Shown here one piece after another: positions 20,151 to 30,833 of a DNA stretch of 64,000 nt. A model generated the notes under the pieces. It ran no database searches and was not told the DNA's origin. It worked only from the letters and a program-made list of their open reading frames with translations. Every line of letters begins with the position of its first letter. The stretch's first letter is position 1. The position numbers and the translations under genes are program-made. Location: IMG/VR virus record IMGVR_UViG_3300036668_000172, positions 1 to 64,000 of that record. One strand, written 5' to 3'. The DNA comes from a virus.

Positions 20151-21671
20151 TTATACACCCAGCCACCAAGACTGACTCAGTGAAATAGAGCCCTGTGAAC
20201 CCTGAGGTCCAGTCGGTCCAACTTGCCCCGCTACCTCTACAAACACCCCTTCATAGTAGATGTAAGTTTTGGCATTGTCAGTGTTAAACCAAGCTGTTCC
20301 ATTGGGGAACATGCCCGAAGGCTCTACGGGGCCTGAGAAGAAAGCTCCCTGGGCACCTGTTGGTCCAGTTGGTCCGAAAGGCCCAGTTGAACCAAGGGGC
20401 CCTGTAACAAACGAGTCTGCACCGATAGGTCCAGTTGGCCCTGTCGGACCTGTAGGGCCTGTTACAAAGGAATCGGCTCCAGTAGGGCCTGTTGGTCCTG
20501 TTGGTCCTGTTGGTCCAACAAAGCGACCCACATTGACAAATGCCGCTCCGTCATACTTCCAGAGGTCACCAGTATCAGCGACAATCCAACCGTCATTAAA
20601 GGTATTGTCTTCATTAGGAAGATTAGCTGAGGTAGCAACGCTGCCCAGAATGTCAATGGCCTCACCCGTAGCACCAGTTGGTCCTGTAGGTCCAGTGGGT
20701 CCTGTAGGTCCTGTGACCTGAGATGCGGCACCAGTTGAACCAGTAGGTCCAGTAGGTCCTAGGGGACCAGTAGGCCCAGTAGGCCCAGTAACAATAGAGT
20801 CTTCACCAATAGGTCCAGTAGGTCCCGTCGGGCCCAGCTCACCTTGAGGGCCAACAATCTGGCCAGCACTTACCCAACCGTTCATCACAGACCAGACGTA
20901 AAGGTCTCCATCTGAGTCAACAATGTAAGCATCGTTAGGGCTGTTGCTTAAAGTAGGCAAAAGGCTAGGGTTATCAACAGAGCCCACAAGGTGGATGTCA
21001 GTACCCTGAGGACCAGTGGACCCAATAGGTCCAGTTGGTCCAGTCACGCCACGAGGGCCGCTGGGTCCAGTTACGCCTTGGTTACCCTGAAGACCAGCAG
21101 GACCGCTTGGTCCAAGGTCTCCAGTCAAACCACGAGCACCCGTAGGGCCAGTAACTCCAGTAACACCAGTAGGACCAGTGACACCAGTAGAGCCTGTAGG
21201 TCCAGTAGCACCAACTAAGCCAGCTGAACCAGTAGGTCCAGTTACACCTTCAAAACCACGAACACCAGGTTCCCCAATAGGTCCAGTGTTTCCACGAGGT
21301 CCTTGAGCACCCTGTGCTCCAGTAGGTCCAGGAGTGCCGTCAAAACCGCGAGGACCAGTGGTCCCCGTAGGCCCAGTTACACCAGCAGGACCAGTAGGCC
21401 CCGAGATTGGACCTAGGTTTAGCCAAGTAGTGCCATTCCAGATGTAAAGGTCAGAGCCGATAGTATAGGCATCTCCACGAAGGGGGCTAGGCGCAGCAGC
21501 CTGTAAGGCGGCTAGATTAGCATAAGACCCTAGTACAGTGATTCCTTCACCTGCAGGTCCAGTAGGCCCAGTAGGTCCTAGTGCGCCCGTAGCTCCACGC
21601 TGGTTAGGAACCGCGGGAAGTAAGGTGGAATCAATGCTGGGGTATAACGGGGAATCTGGGTCAATAGCCAT
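20151..21671 (-). CDS. Collagen triple-helix repeat protein
   Basis: Long G-X-Y runs interspersed with GDAY..GDLYVW modules. Confidence 0.85.
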   Translation of the reverse strand: MAIDPDSPLYPSIDSTLLPAVPNQRGATGALGPTGPTGPAGEGITVLGSYANLAALQAAAPSPLRGDAYTIGSDLYIWNGTTWLNLGPISGPTGPAGVTGPTGTTGPRGFDGTPGPTGAQGAQGPRGNTGPIGEPGVRGFEGVTGPTGSAGLVGATGPTGSTGVTGPTGVTGVTGPTGARGLTGDLGPSGPAGLQGNQGVTGPSGPRGVTGPTGPIGSTGPQGTDIHLVGSVDNPSLLPTLSNSPNDAYIVDSDGDLYVWSVMNGWVSAGQIVGPQGELGPTGPTGPIGEDSIVTGPTGPTGPLGPTGPTGSTGAASQVTGPTGPTGPTGPTGATGEAIDILGSVATSANLPNEDNTFNDGWIVADTGDLWKYDGAAFVNVGRFVGPTGPTGPTGPTGADSFVTGPTGPTGPTGPIGADSFVTGPLGSTGPFGPTGPTGAQGAFFSGPVEPSGMFPNGTAWFNTDNAKTYIYYEGVFVEVAGQVGPTGPQGSQGSISLSQSWWLGV

Positions 21672-22729
21672 TAGACGCGTACCTCACTAGCTCTCTCTGT
21701 AAAGAAGTTTCCGCCCAAAATCTGAATGATTTCATTATCATTATCATCAACACTCACAAGCTGCCAGTAGCAACGCTTAGGAAGACGACGAGTGTTTTCT
21801 GCAGTTAGCGAGATACTAGCTACATAGTCAATGCTGTCACTAGTAGTTACCTCTAGCTCAAATGAGCGTATCCTCTGCAAGCTGCCGCGCTGCACAATTA
21901 GTCTGGCGAGGAAGGACTTGTCAGTAAAGTCTCCAGTAAATGAAATGTCCGTAGTGTAGGCAATGCCCTCGTAAGAAGTAAGCTCGCCACCGTCCGTAGG
22001 CCACGGCGTTAAGCGGCTTCCATAGTTTGGAATAACCAAGTCTGCACGCTGGCCCCAAGACCTGTCGTCCACTTCTTGTGGCTTGTATACAGGAACATAG
22101 CGGTTGCTTGTCTTAGAGATACGACGGAGAGTAAATACCTCCATGGTGTAAAGACCAATACCAAGCTGGGTACATAATTCACGGTACTGCTCACGACGAG
22201 AGTCAATAATCTCCATAAGCTGGCGATACCGCTCAGACCTAGGGATAGTCACACCATCTGGTGCGAAGATGTTGATGTCAAAAGATGCATCTGTAGCCAA
22301 GGTGTACAGGGCTAAAGTTGATGCGTATAACGCAACTGGGTAATCTTCAATAGGGGGCAGATTCTCTACGGTAATTCTGCGCCCTATCTCGTCTGTCTTA
22401 CGAGCTGTGTGTTGCTGGAACGCAGCTTCTACAAAGTAGCCGATTTCAGAGGTAGTAAAATATCTGTAATAAGTTCCACTAACTAGCAAAGCCTCACCGT
22501 CAGCAGGCAGGGTATCAAGCACTAGCGTGCCAGTGCTCTCTTCTACTGAGCTTTGGGAAGAGATGTCTACGCCGTCTTTAAGAACTGTAAGCTCTGGGCC
22601 ATCCACTGGAGAGTACTGGATTGTGAAGCGGTTGCTAGAACCGTCAGCCATAAACTGAACAACAAAGGACTTACCCATGTCACCTAGCTCTAGCCGCACT
22701 CTATCAACAAGCGATGCAAGCGTAGCCAC
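21671..22729 (-). CDS. Putative head-tail connector
   Basis: [11 protein letters not shown]...YFTTSEI pattern of gp6/gp15-like adaptors; located just after the capsid genes. Confidence 0.55.
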   Translation of the reverse strand: MATLASLVDRVRLELGDMGKSFVVQFMADGSSNRFTIQYSPVDGPELTVLKDGVDISSQSSVEESTGTLVLDTLPADGEALLVSGTYYRYFTTSEIGYFVEAAFQQHTARKTDEIGRRITVENLPPIEDYPVALYASTLALYTLATDASFDINIFAPDGVTIPRSERYRQLMEIIDSRREQYRELCTQLGIGLYTMEVFTLRRISKTSNRYVPVYKPQEVDDRSWGQRADLVIPNYGSRLTPWPTDGGELTSYEGIAYTTDISFTGDFTDKSFLARLIVQRGSLQRIRSFELEVTTSDSIDYVASISLTAENTRRLPKRCYWQLVSVDDNDNEIIQILGGNFFTERASEVRV

Positions 22730-22791
22730 AAAACCTCCGAAAAATTAGTCTCATCTATGTTCTCGTATTATGCCTAGAAATACAGCACAAA

Positions 22792-22849
22792 CGATAAAGC
22801 CCACCCTGCTGGGAGGAGGGCGGGAACCAGCAGAGTGGGCAGTTTATCG
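22792..22849 (-). ncRNA. Long hairpin (terminator or sRNA) with a 14-nt anti-SD-like loop
   Basis: CGATAAA-CT-GCCCACTCTGCTGG / CCAGCAGGGTGGGC-TTTATCG with loop UUCCCGCCCUCCUC; the U-G pair works only on the minus strand. Confidence 0.55.
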
Positions 22850-22857
22850 GTGACTGT

Positions 22858-23229
22858 TTAGTTAGGTCGCCAAATATAACCGAGACCCTCAAGGTAATCC
22901 GCGAGGTCTCGTGGCACTGCATACTTAACACCTGATTTAAAGGTGTACGTGTTCCCAACGCCGTAAGTCATTTCATCGATGTCAGTGATTGTTCGTATAA
23001 CGACTTTGTCGTTATTTACCGATACGCCTACCTCTTCAATCTCATCTAGGAAGATTGGAACATCTGGATTCTTTGGGTCAAAGACCCCAGTCTCTAGTAG
23101 CTCTGCTTCTGCCTGACGAGTTGTCGAAATTTCATCCTGACGTGCTCTCAGCTCTGCTGCGTTTCTTTTTGCTGCGTCTTCGGCAGCTTTACCCGTTGCG
23201 TCTAGTGGGCTTGTCTTTGGTGTTGCCAC
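22858..23229 (-). CDS. Hypothetical head-associated protein
   Basis: Directly downstream of the capsid gene; RBS AGGAG, GTG start. Confidence 0.65.
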   Translation of the reverse strand: MATPKTSPLDATGKAAEDAAKRNAAELRARQDEISTTRQAEAELLETGVFDPKNPDVPIFLDEIEEVGVSVNNDKVVIRTITDIDEMTYGVGNTYTFKSGVKYAVPRDLADYLEGLGYIWRPN

Positions 23230-23262
23230 AGTATTTTTCTCCTAATGTTAGATGTTTGTGTT

Positions 23263-23284
23263 GGGGGGCCCCGAAGGACCCCCC
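23263..23284 (-). terminator. cUUCGg hairpin after the capsid gene (no U-tract)
   Basis: GGGGGGTCC-TTCG-GGGCCCCCC followed by AACACAAACA. Confidence 0.55.
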
Positions 23285-23302
23285 TCCACTAATGTTGCAC
23301 TA

Positions 23303-24415
23303 TTACGCGGTGTATACCTTGACAATAGCCTGGTCGGTGATAACACCAAGACCCCAAATTGCGTACCATGCAAGTGCGTGCTCGCGACCGAAGTCTAGAA
23401 CACCACCGTCACGGAGCTCAACTGGTAGAGAGATTGCGTGACCAAATGCGTTGTCACCAATCATGATTGACTCGTAAACGTCAGTTGCAGTGGTTCCAGT
23501 AGGAGCGGTTGCGCCTGGCTCTGCAGGGTTTCCACCACCACCTGGGACGGTGTTAGCCTTTACAGGGATGTAGCTCTGGCCTGTAAGGAGACCTGCCTGA
23601 GCGCTGTAATCAACTGCGGTACCCTGAGCTAGCTTGTTAACCTGAGTGGTCTCGATGAAGACTACGTCGTATAGACGACCAATCTCACCAAGCATGAAGT
23701 TACCAGGTGCTGCATATTTGGTAACTTCAATGAACTCTGGGTTTGAACGCAAGTCGCGTGACTGCTTTGGGTGGATGAACTGTACGTAGGTTTCGCCTAG
23801 ACGTGGGATGTTCTTTCCAGCAAGAGTAAGAGCGGCATCCTTGATGGCACCAGTCGTTAGCTTGTGGGCTGCTGAAACTCCAGCAATAGAAGTAGCTGCA
23901 GTTCCCTCGTCGTAGTTGGTGAATGCGCCACCAACGATACCTGAGCGGTCGTAACCGAATACAGCTGAAGTAGCTGCAGACAAGGTGTTACGTGCCTGTA
24001 GGTCTAGGTACTGTGCCATGTGGCGACCTAGGAGACGCGAAGCGGAAGCCATAACGTCATCAAATGATGCGTTAAGTAGTAGCTCCGAAACAGCGGTTGC
24101 GTAACCGTGCTCTGCAACGGTGATAGCAATCTGCTCTGCGGTTAGTGAGTTGGTAGTCATACGGACACCTTCGGTCAGTGGAGTTGGGTCCACTGCGAAG
24201 TTCTTGTAACGTAGGAAGTTGACACGGAGACCAGGTGATACACCTAGCTCGGTCTTCTTAACTGCGAACTGTTCAAAGCGAAGAATTGGCATCGCTTGGA
24301 ATAGGATTTCCTTTGACCAGATGGTCTGAATGGCCTGTGAAAGCTGGGAGTTGCTACCTGAGTAAGCTGTAGGTGCGCCTGCGAGCTGACCAGTTCCTGT
24401 AATACCTGAAGCCAT
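23303..24415 (-). CDS. Major capsid protein, N4-gp56 family
   Basis: LRFEQFA, PLTEGV, EHGYA, FIHP.Q..DLR, GEIGRL..VVFIET, DFGREHALAWY; RBS GAAAGGA. Confidence 0.9.
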   Translation of the reverse strand: MASGITGTGQLAGAPTAYSGSNSQLSQAIQTIWSKEILFQAMPILRFEQFAVKKTELGVSPGLRVNFLRYKNFAVDPTPLTEGVRMTTNSLTAEQIAITVAEHGYATAVSELLLNASFDDVMASASRLLGRHMAQYLDLQARNTLSAATSAVFGYDRSGIVGGAFTNYDEGTAATSIAGVSAAHKLTTGAIKDAALTLAGKNIPRLGETYVQFIHPKQSRDLRSNPEFIEVTKYAAPGNFMLGEIGRLYDVVFIETTQVNKLAQGTAVDYSAQAGLLTGQSYIPVKANTVPGGGGNPAEPGATAPTGTTATDVYESIMIGDNAFGHAISLPVELRDGGVLDFGREHALAWYAIWGLGVITDQAIVKVYTA

Positions 24416-24451
24416 AGTGGTTCAAGTCCTTTCGGTCTAGTTAGTTGATTG

Positions 24452-25213
24452 TTAGTTGAACAAACCCTGTCCACTGTTGTTGCCTGTGCCAAGTAGCTTG
24501 GCTCTGTTCTTTGCATAATCCGCCATTGACATGTTATTAATGTCGTTGGGCGAGTACGAGCGTTGTTCCGAATCGTTATCCAGGGGTCCTGAGGCAGGCA
24601 CGGTAACCCGTGCTCCCACCATGTCTTTTCTCGTCTGTACCCCAGCTTGGGCTACAGAGTCAAAAATCTTTGCAGATTTGTCTTTCAACGATGAGATACT
24701 CTGCTCAATCTCATCCTCGTTATTACCCTGAATCATGTCGATAAGCTCAGGGATAATGCCGTCTCTTTCCTGCTCTAATCTCATAGAGCGGTAGTTAGTG
24801 AGGGCTTGAAAGCGACGTTCTTGGTCTAGGAGTGCAAATGCCTTCTCACGTTCCTGGCGCTCATTGTCTAACTGAGACTGCCATTCCTGTTCCTTGACCT
24901 GCAGAAGCTGGCGAACCTCAAGTTCAGCTTCTTCCTCATCCTTCTTCTTCTTCAGAGCTTCGGTATCACGCTTTTTGCGGTCATCCTTGCGACGAGACTC
25001 TTCAGCCTCACGCTCTTGCTCACGTAGCTTGAGAAGGGTAAGCTCTTCTTTTAGCTTCTCTACCTGAGGGTAAAGCTTCTCTTTTTCCTGTGCACGAGCT
25101 TTTGCAATGTCATCAGCTGTGAACTGTGGAAATGGAGTATCAGGAGTTTCTGCGGTATTTAGAGCATCTGTTGCGGTTTCAGGCAAAGTCTCAGCCTGCT
25201 GTATTTCGTCCAT
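24452..25213 (-). CDS. Capsid scaffolding protein
   Basis: Coiled-coil, FTADDIAKARAQEKEKLY, C-terminal MSMADYAKNR; lies between portal and capsid. Confidence 0.8.
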   Translation of the reverse strand: MDEIQQAETLPETATDALNTAETPDTPFPQFTADDIAKARAQEKEKLYPQVEKLKEELTLLKLREQEREAEESRRKDDRKKRDTEALKKKKDEEEAELEVRQLLQVKEQEWQSQLDNERQEREKAFALLDQERRFQALTNYRSMRLEQERDGIIPELIDMIQGNNEDEIEQSISSLKDKSAKIFDSVAQAGVQTRKDMVGARVTVPASGPLDNDSEQRSYSPNDINNMSMADYAKNRAKLLGTGNNSGQGLFN

Positions 25214-25351
25214 GGGTATTCTCTTTTCGTTTACTTGGTCGTTGTCCGTATGAGTGTCTGGTTAGCCGTGCCTATTACGTAACTAGTTTTTAGTATTTAG
25301 AGTAACTTTGGTATCTAAACCCAATAAATTACAGCAATTAAATATTAAAAA

Positions 25352-27058
25352 CTATTCTCTGTCAGTTGCTTGTCTAGGAGGAACTTGGTCCCCATAAGCT
25401 TGCAATAACAAATCTTGTTGTAGTTTCATCTCAGCCTGCGCTATTGCTGGGTTAGCCTCAGCTCCTGAGTTGAGTTGGCCGTCGCCTACAAGTTCTCCGC
25501 CAGCCATAGTAGGCTCCATTGGAGTGGCGGTACCATCTGGGGCTACTAGCATTCCAGTAAGGTCCATGAGTTGCTTCTGAATCTCGGCTTTAATAAGGTT
25601 AATTGCACCCTCATCTTTGACGTCGTTAATAAGCTCTTTTCTAATCTCAGCGAGCTTCTCTTCTGGGAATTCTTCTCCAAGGGCGCGTAGAGCGCCTTCT
25701 TTGGACTCAAGCCCCATAGACATCTTCTGAGAAAGCTCGTTAAGAAGAACAATCTTATCCAGAGGTAGGGGAGGAGGGAAGTGCGCGTGTGAGATGTACG
25801 TGATTGGGTCGTTGGGGTCCAACTTAGTAAGCTGGTTCTCATTGATAGCGCCATCAGTAGCTGGGTTATACACGAGAGACTCGGGCTCTTTAACAACCAA
25901 GTTGAGCATAATAAGCTCATTAACCTTTTCTAATCCAGCCTTGTACATTGAGACCTTGTGGGTCCAACGGTTCATTAGAGGCTGGAACTGAATCTGTAGA
26001 GCAACACCAGAAGTATTAGATACAGGCTGGGATTGGCCAAGAGCTGACTCTGGAATGTTCATAAGCTCGTGCATTGAGCGTTTAATCATCTCTAGGTATT
26101 GTAGAGAGCCCTGAATACCAGCACTACCACCTTCTAGGTTGAAGACCTGCGCATCTTTAGGTAGGCCTCCCCAAACCTTCTTTGCACCCTTTTCAAGGTT
26201 AGAAGCCTTAGCGCCAGTAATAACTGTGATTGGAGCAGCGTGATAGTTGATGATGTCAGCGACATCTGTTGAAATTTCGTTATACGACCTGTTTAGACTA
26301 ATAATGTCATGAGCATCAGAGAGACCCCAAGGAGAGCCAGATACAGGGATGTTTGGTATGTGTACAACAGGGATAAGCCCGAGCGGATTAGGTCGCGAAT
26401 CAATGAGCTCATCGTTTATGTACTCCTCAATAATGTCGTCTGTAAGAATTTCAGTGTAGGTAAACACTTGGCGAGTTCCCTCTAAAGAGGTTCCCCAGAA
26501 ACGGTACTTCTGCTTGAACCTAAGAAGGCGTGTACGGTCGTGGGGGTGAAACTCTGGGAAACAAAATGCTGAGTTGAGAGGAAGGATACGTACTCTTCCT
26601 GGGTGAATGCGTCCTACGGCATCTTCCCAAGCCTCTTCGTAAGCAACCTTAACGAAACAATCTCCTGTGATACCGCCAATTTGCGCCATCTCAAGAAGTA
26701 CTTTAGTCTTTTGATTGTCTATTTCCCAAACACGCTCTAGTCGGTTTGGTACTATGGCCTCAGTCGCTGCTGGAGAGCGGAAGTGGATTCCCTGTCCAAA
26801 CGTGAACCTAGCTAGATAGTCAATGAATGCGCGATAGTAGTTGACAGAGATTTGCATCTCGCCCTGCTCGCGGCGGTATCCCCAGTGGTGGCCAAGATAC
26901 ATGGCCCAGTTTAGGGAGTAACGGTTTAGACGAGGACCGTGGACCTCAAATTCTTCATCAGCAAGCTCAACGAGCCCCAGAGGGGAAATGGAGATAGTAA
27001 GGTCAGAGGACGCTGCCCTGTAGCTTGGGGGCGAGAAGTCAAAATATGACCCACTCAT
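25352..27058 (-). CDS. Portal protein (SPP1 gp6-like)
   Basis: NYYRAFID, GDCF, NPLGLIPVVHIPN, WGLSD, NTSGVAL. Confidence 0.9.
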   Translation of the reverse strand: MSGSYFDFSPPSYRAASSDLTISISPLGLVELADEEFEVHGPRLNRYSLNWAMYLGHHWGYRREQGEMQISVNYYRAFIDYLARFTFGQGIHFRSPAATEAIVPNRLERVWEIDNQKTKVLLEMAQIGGITGDCFVKVAYEEAWEDAVGRIHPGRVRILPLNSAFCFPEFHPHDRTRLLRFKQKYRFWGTSLEGTRQVFTYTEILTDDIIEEYINDELIDSRPNPLGLIPVVHIPNIPVSGSPWGLSDAHDIISLNRSYNEISTDVADIINYHAAPITVITGAKASNLEKGAKKVWGGLPKDAQVFNLEGGSAGIQGSLQYLEMIKRSMHELMNIPESALGQSQPVSNTSGVALQIQFQPLMNRWTHKVSMYKAGLEKVNELIMLNLVVKEPESLVYNPATDGAINENQLTKLDPNDPITYISHAHFPPPLPLDKIVLLNELSQKMSMGLESKEGALRALGEEFPEEKLAEIRKELINDVKDEGAINLIKAEIQKQLMDLTGMLVAPDGTATPMEPTMAGGELVGDGQLNSGAEANPAIAQAEMKLQQDLLLQAYGDQVPPRQATDRE

Positions 27059-27294
27059 TACTTACTCTTGCTCTGGTGCTGTTTGCTTGCCATGTGTGCC
27101 TTCTCCTGAAGAAAATGCTTTATCATTTCCTTCTTCCGCGCTTCTGCTTCTTGGTCTATAAACTTACCACCAAGTTCCAGATAACGTGTGTGAACCCAAT
27201 GTGATGCTCCAGGAGAAGGGTACACTCGGTACTTCGCCTTAGCTTGGTTAACAACCATGGCATACAACTTTTGGTTGGTGGGTTCGTTAGTCAC
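27058..27294 (-). CDS. Hypothetical protein
   Basis: PTNQKLY..AKAKYRVYPSP.ASHWV..Y..LGGKF; TAATG-coupled to portal. Confidence 0.65.
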   Translation of the reverse strand: MTNEPTNQKLYAMVVNQAKAKYRVYPSPGASHWVHTRYLELGGKFIDQEAEARKKEMIKHFLQEKAHMASKQHQSKSK

Positions 27295-27315
27295 TGAAAC
27301 TCCTAAAGGCCTAAG

Positions 27316-27345
27316 CCTACCCCTCTACAGTAGTAAAGGGGTAGG
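27316..27345 (-). terminator. Stem-loop, probable terminator
   Basis: CCTACCCCTTTAC/GTAGAGGGGTAGG. Confidence 0.55.
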
Positions 27346-27359
27346 AACTAGGGGTTAAA

Positions 27360-27797
27360 TTAGTCGTTGACTACAGTCGGGTTAACACGCATGGTGCGAC
27401 CCATTGACATCTTGGTCTCAATAACCTGCTCGGAGTTCTGGCTGTAAGAGCCATGAGCAAATTCGCCAAGGAATGTCGGTGCCTCAATCCATGCAGCCGA
27501 ACCGACGTGTGCACGCTCTGAAAGAGTCTCAGCTGCTGGCTTCTGCCATACAGGTGCATTACGGTTTGGACGACCTGGAGCGCTAGAGGAGCCGCTTACC
27601 ATGCCCTTCTGAAAGTCGGTTGGAACATCGGTATCTGTGGCGATACCTTCCTCAAAACGTAGCGGTCCACGGCGTTCTACATTGCCAGTGGCTTTCATCT
27701 CATACATCTGAGGTGCTCGTTCAGGAAATTGTGGTGCGGGAGCGATACCCATGGAAAACTCCTTAAAGTTAGGATTGGAATAATCTGCAGTTTCCAT
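27360..27797 (-). CDS. Hypothetical (possibly virion) protein; true start probably at MGIAPAP
   Basis: RRGPLRFEEGIATDTDVP; AAGGAG precedes the internal ATG. Confidence 0.6.
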   Translation of the reverse strand: METADYSNPNFKEFSMGIAPAPQFPERAPQMYEMKATGNVERRGPLRFEEGIATDTDVPTDFQKGMVSGSSSAPGRPNRNAPVWQKPAAETLSERAHVGSAAWIEAPTFLGEFAHGSYSQNSEQVIETKMSMGRTMRVNPTVVND

Positions 27798-27845
27798 TTA
27801 CAAGTGTGGCTGTTATCCGCCAATTTGTACTACTAAACTCTTTTT

Positions 27846-29456
27846 TTAGTAAAACATGTTAGAGGTAGACTCCACCTCTGGCATAACTAGGTCCACAGTC
27901 ATAGAGCAGGCGATAGCTAACGAGTCTACGAAGTCATCATGGGCGTAGTTCTCCTTAGGAGCCTCCACAGAGAAGTTAGGTCCCTTGTAGGTAACTTCTG
28001 CGTCTGTCATCTGCTGGTAGAACTGCTTCCATACACGCAGTCTCTTTGTCTTAGCGTGAGACGGGAAAGAGAGCATGCGGCGCTGTATTAGCGCCTGCAA
28101 ATGTTTAAACCTTCTAGACTGCTCTGTAGGGCTAGAGGTAAGGCCAATCACTTCTGCTCTGGGCATTAAGACTTTTAGTCGTTGAGCGACAGCGTCGCCG
28201 ACTCCGTTCGAGTCCACCCCAATCGCGAGAACATCGTAGTTATTAAGAAAGTTAACGATTTGAAAATACTGTTCTTCCCAATCATCCCCTTGAATTTCCA
28301 GCCAGTTGAGAACTCTGTGGTCATAATAGCCAAACTCATCTGGGCGGTCCCAGTCAACCCAGACCACAGTGACAACAGTGGAGTCCATTTTTCTAGCAGG
28401 GTCGACTCCGACCACAACAGGGGTTTGATGCCAGACTTTGACGAGCTCTTGCGACTTGTCACCCAGTTCATCCAAGAGGGTAGCCGTAACAAACATGCCT
28501 CGCTCAAGAAGCCATTTGCAGTTGTAAGACATCTGGAACTCATCTGATTCTTCTCCAATTCGCAATGCCTCTTTCTTAATAAACTTTGCATAGTTCTTGT
28601 TGACTTTTGCTACGTCTTTCCAGTCCCACTGGTAGTGGTTCTGTCGAGCCCCACGCCCACTGGCGCGGCGCTTATTGAGCTGGATAGAACGGTAAAAGTT
28701 GTTCTTACTGGTGGTGGGTGTTCCTGTCTTTATCATGGTTCCTGCGTAATACGCAAGCATCGGAGCGATTGACTTAGAGACCACGAAGTCATCTGCTTCT
28801 TGGCACTCATCGATTACGATTACGTGGAACGACTTGGACTCAATCTTTGCGCGAGGGTTAGCTGTCATCATGGTGAGTGTTGACCCGAGCTTCTTCATGC
28901 GAATCATTCTGGTAACACCACCGACTTTGGCTGCCTCGTCATCTATTTCTGGGTCTCCCAGTACTTCAAGAGCAATCTCTGAGGTTAGTCGAGTGACCGT
29001 ACGAGAGAAGAGGGTTTCGGCCTGAGACTCAGTAGGAGCAAACATCCCTACCCACAAGCCATCTCTAAAGCGCCCTAGCAGGTCTGGGTATAGTTTTGCG
29101 AGAAGAGGCAGGAGAACCATGAGAGTTGCAAGTGTGTCAGATACAGTTTCAGTCTTTCCAGACTGGCGAGATGCTAGCGCAGTTACTTCTTCGCCGTCAT
29201 TTATAATAACGGACTCTATAATACGACGAGCTAAAGGCTTCTGGTATACGTGAAGGTCATGCCCGACCAAAACCTCCATAAAGGTCATAATCTTGTCTAT
29301 AAGCTTTATAACAAATGCGGTGGTTAGTTCGTCAGGTTCTTCGTCCCAGCCCTGTTCAGACTCATCTTCATGGTCTTCTTGATAGAACTCAGGGTTAATT
29401 TCCTCAAACTTCTCCCGCTCTTCAAAGTCATTTACTATTTCTTCGTAGTCAGCCAT
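27846..29456 (-). CDS. terL: Terminase large subunit
   Basis: Walker A SRQSGKT, Walker B VIVIDE, GTP motif, RNase H-like VGVDPA and HDDFVDS. Confidence 0.93.
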   Translation of the reverse strand: MADYEEIVNDFEEREKFEEINPEFYQEDHEDESEQGWDEEPDELTTAFVIKLIDKIMTFMEVLVGHDLHVYQKPLARRIIESVIINDGEEVTALASRQSGKTETVSDTLATLMVLLPLLAKLYPDLLGRFRDGLWVGMFAPTESQAETLFSRTVTRLTSEIALEVLGDPEIDDEAAKVGGVTRMIRMKKLGSTLTMMTANPRAKIESKSFHVIVIDECQEADDFVVSKSIAPMLAYYAGTMIKTGTPTTSKNNFYRSIQLNKRRASGRGARQNHYQWDWKDVAKVNKNYAKFIKKEALRIGEESDEFQMSYNCKWLLERGMFVTATLLDELGDKSQELVKVWHQTPVVVGVDPARKMDSTVVTVVWVDWDRPDEFGYYDHRVLNWLEIQGDDWEEQYFQIVNFLNNYDVLAIGVDSNGVGDAVAQRLKVLMPRAEVIGLTSSPTEQSRRFKHLQALIQRRMLSFPSHAKTKRLRVWKQFYQQMTDAEVTYKGPNFSVEAPKENYAHDDFVDSLAIACSMTVDLVMPEVESTSNMFY

Positions 29457-29685
29457 TGCGCTCTCTACGTTTTAATTCAGTAGTAATTGCCAATAAGGCT
29501 TCAGCGCCCATGTGGGCGTCTTCCAACATGTCAGAGTTAGACTCTCTGCTCCAGTGGGTGATGTTCTTGCCGATAGAGTACAGGGAAGTCTCTACCCAAA
29601 GAATTAGGTCAGTAGTCCCAATCTTCTCTACCCTCTTCTGAAGCTTTGTAGGCGGGGGGCTGCCAGCCTTCGTAAAAATCTTCAT
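29449..29685 (-). CDS. Hypothetical protein (start uncertain)
   Basis: Helical ORF overlapping terL. Confidence 0.5.
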   Translation of the reverse strand: MKIFTKAGSPPPTKLQKRVEKIGTTDLILWVETSLYSIGKNITHWSRESNSDMLEDAHMGAEALLAITTELKRRERNG

Positions 29686-29929
29686 CTGTTAGTACTCGAC
29701 CTTCTATTGCGCGACTTAGTGCTTCTTCTTCTGTGTCAATGTTACCTGTCCATCTACCGATAACAAGGGCTTTATTATGGGGCATTCTAAAAATTAGTGG
29801 GGCAGAGGTCCTAAAGGGCTCCGAAATCTCTTGAGTCCAGCCTCTTACCCAGAATTTGCTCTTCCACTGTACGGGGAACTTAATGTACTGTACAAAGTGT
29901 TTTGGTCCGATGTCGTGTATTTTTGGCAT
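29609..29929 (-). CDS. Hypothetical protein
   Basis: ORF with RBS AGGA. Confidence 0.6.
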   Translation of the reverse strand: MPKIHDIGPKHFVQYIKFPVQWKSKFWVRGWTQEISEPFRTSAPLIFRMPHNKALVIGRWTGNIDTEEEALSRAIEGRVLTDEDFYEGWQPPAYKASEEGREDWDY

Positions 29930-29935
29930 GTTGTC

Positions 29936-30769
29936 CTATTTTTGATACGGGTTCTTCCCCATCTTTGCTGCGGGGTTCTTTCCTCTATTAGCGCTTGGAT
30001 TTTTGGCAGATGACACACGCTTCTGAGAGCTTGTAGACACGTAGTTAGCTGTTCTAATCTTACGGTCTCCTACCTGTATAGACCTAGTCCTACCAACTAC
30101 AGATGCGCTTGACGCAGTCCTAGCTACTCGGTAAACCTGCCTCTGCAATTCAACAGGGACTTCTGACAGGTCTGCAGGGCCGTGAGGGTATCCCAACAGT
30201 ACGCCGTCGGAACCTTGGAACTGGTTCTTCCTGTTCAGCATTGGGCCTTTAGAGATAGAGCTTTTAAAGGTCTGCCAAGTTCCTGGAGGCACGTTGTAGT
30301 AATTGTAGAAGGTTCCATCGCGGAAGACAACGGTTAGTTTACCGCGTTGGTCTGCGTATGGCTTTGCCCTCTCACCTACATAGAGGTAGTAGCCAGCAGC
30401 TAAGGTCCTTGGACGAGAAGCATTGCTCGTCGAAGTTGGTATGTTTAAGTTTTCTGGATTAACAGGGGTTAAGCGGTCACCAAAGAAGTTGGTCTCTTCA
30501 TCAAAGACGTCCATCCCATATGCTGATGAGTCATTCCCATTAAATACTTGCCCACCATAGTTAGGGTCTTCACGGTATGCATCTGCTTGAAACTCTGAGT
30601 AACGGTCTCTAATCGGCTTGCCAGTAGCGGGGTCAACTTGAGTTTGCCCATCTATTTGACGAACTGGGTTTGTAGTGGGTAGCTGGCTCAGCCTAGGGAC
30701 TACATAGTCCCCCGTAATTTCCGTAAGGCGATTACGTAGTTGATTACGTAGTTCTTTATCGGCAGCCAT
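29936..30769 (-). CDS. KTSC-domain protein (leaderless)
   Basis: LTVVFRDGTFYNYYNVP...FKSSISKG; -10 TATACT 6 nt before the ATG. Confidence 0.7.
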   Translation of the reverse strand: MAADKELRNQLRNRLTEITGDYVVPRLSQLPTTNPVRQIDGQTQVDPATGKPIRDRYSEFQADAYREDPNYGGQVFNGNDSSAYGMDVFDEETNFFGDRLTPVNPENLNIPTSTSNASRPRTLAAGYYLYVGERAKPYADQRGKLTVVFRDGTFYNYYNVPPGTWQTFKSSISKGPMLNRKNQFQGSDGVLLGYPHGPADLSEVPVELQRQVYRVARTASSASVVGRTRSIQVGDRKIRTANYVSTSSQKRVSSAKNPSANRGKNPAAKMGKNPYQK

Positions 30770-30782
30770 GACCCCAGTATAA

Positions 30783-30822
30783 AGTTAACCCCCGCCCATG
30801 TAAGTATGAGCGGGGGTTAACT
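30783..30822 (-). terminator. Intrinsic terminator
   Basis: 17-bp stem AGTTAACCCCCGCTCAT/ATGGGCGGGGGTTAACT, continuing into a short T run. Confidence 0.7.
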
Positions 30823-30833
30823 ATTACTTTTGC

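Noticed and set aside
8760-21600. Short tandem GGTCCAGTA-type DNA repeats as a CRISPR or satellite
   Set aside because: They are Gly-Pro-Thr codons with synonymous variation; there is no repeat-spacer structure.
24419-24429. GGTTCAAGTCC, a T-loop look-alike on the plus strand
   Set aside because: Only a 2-bp stem; it is the reverse complement of the capsid RBS region.
25214-25351. Missing prohead protease between portal and scaffold
   Set aside because: Scaffold-only assembly is common, and the gene could lie outside the window.
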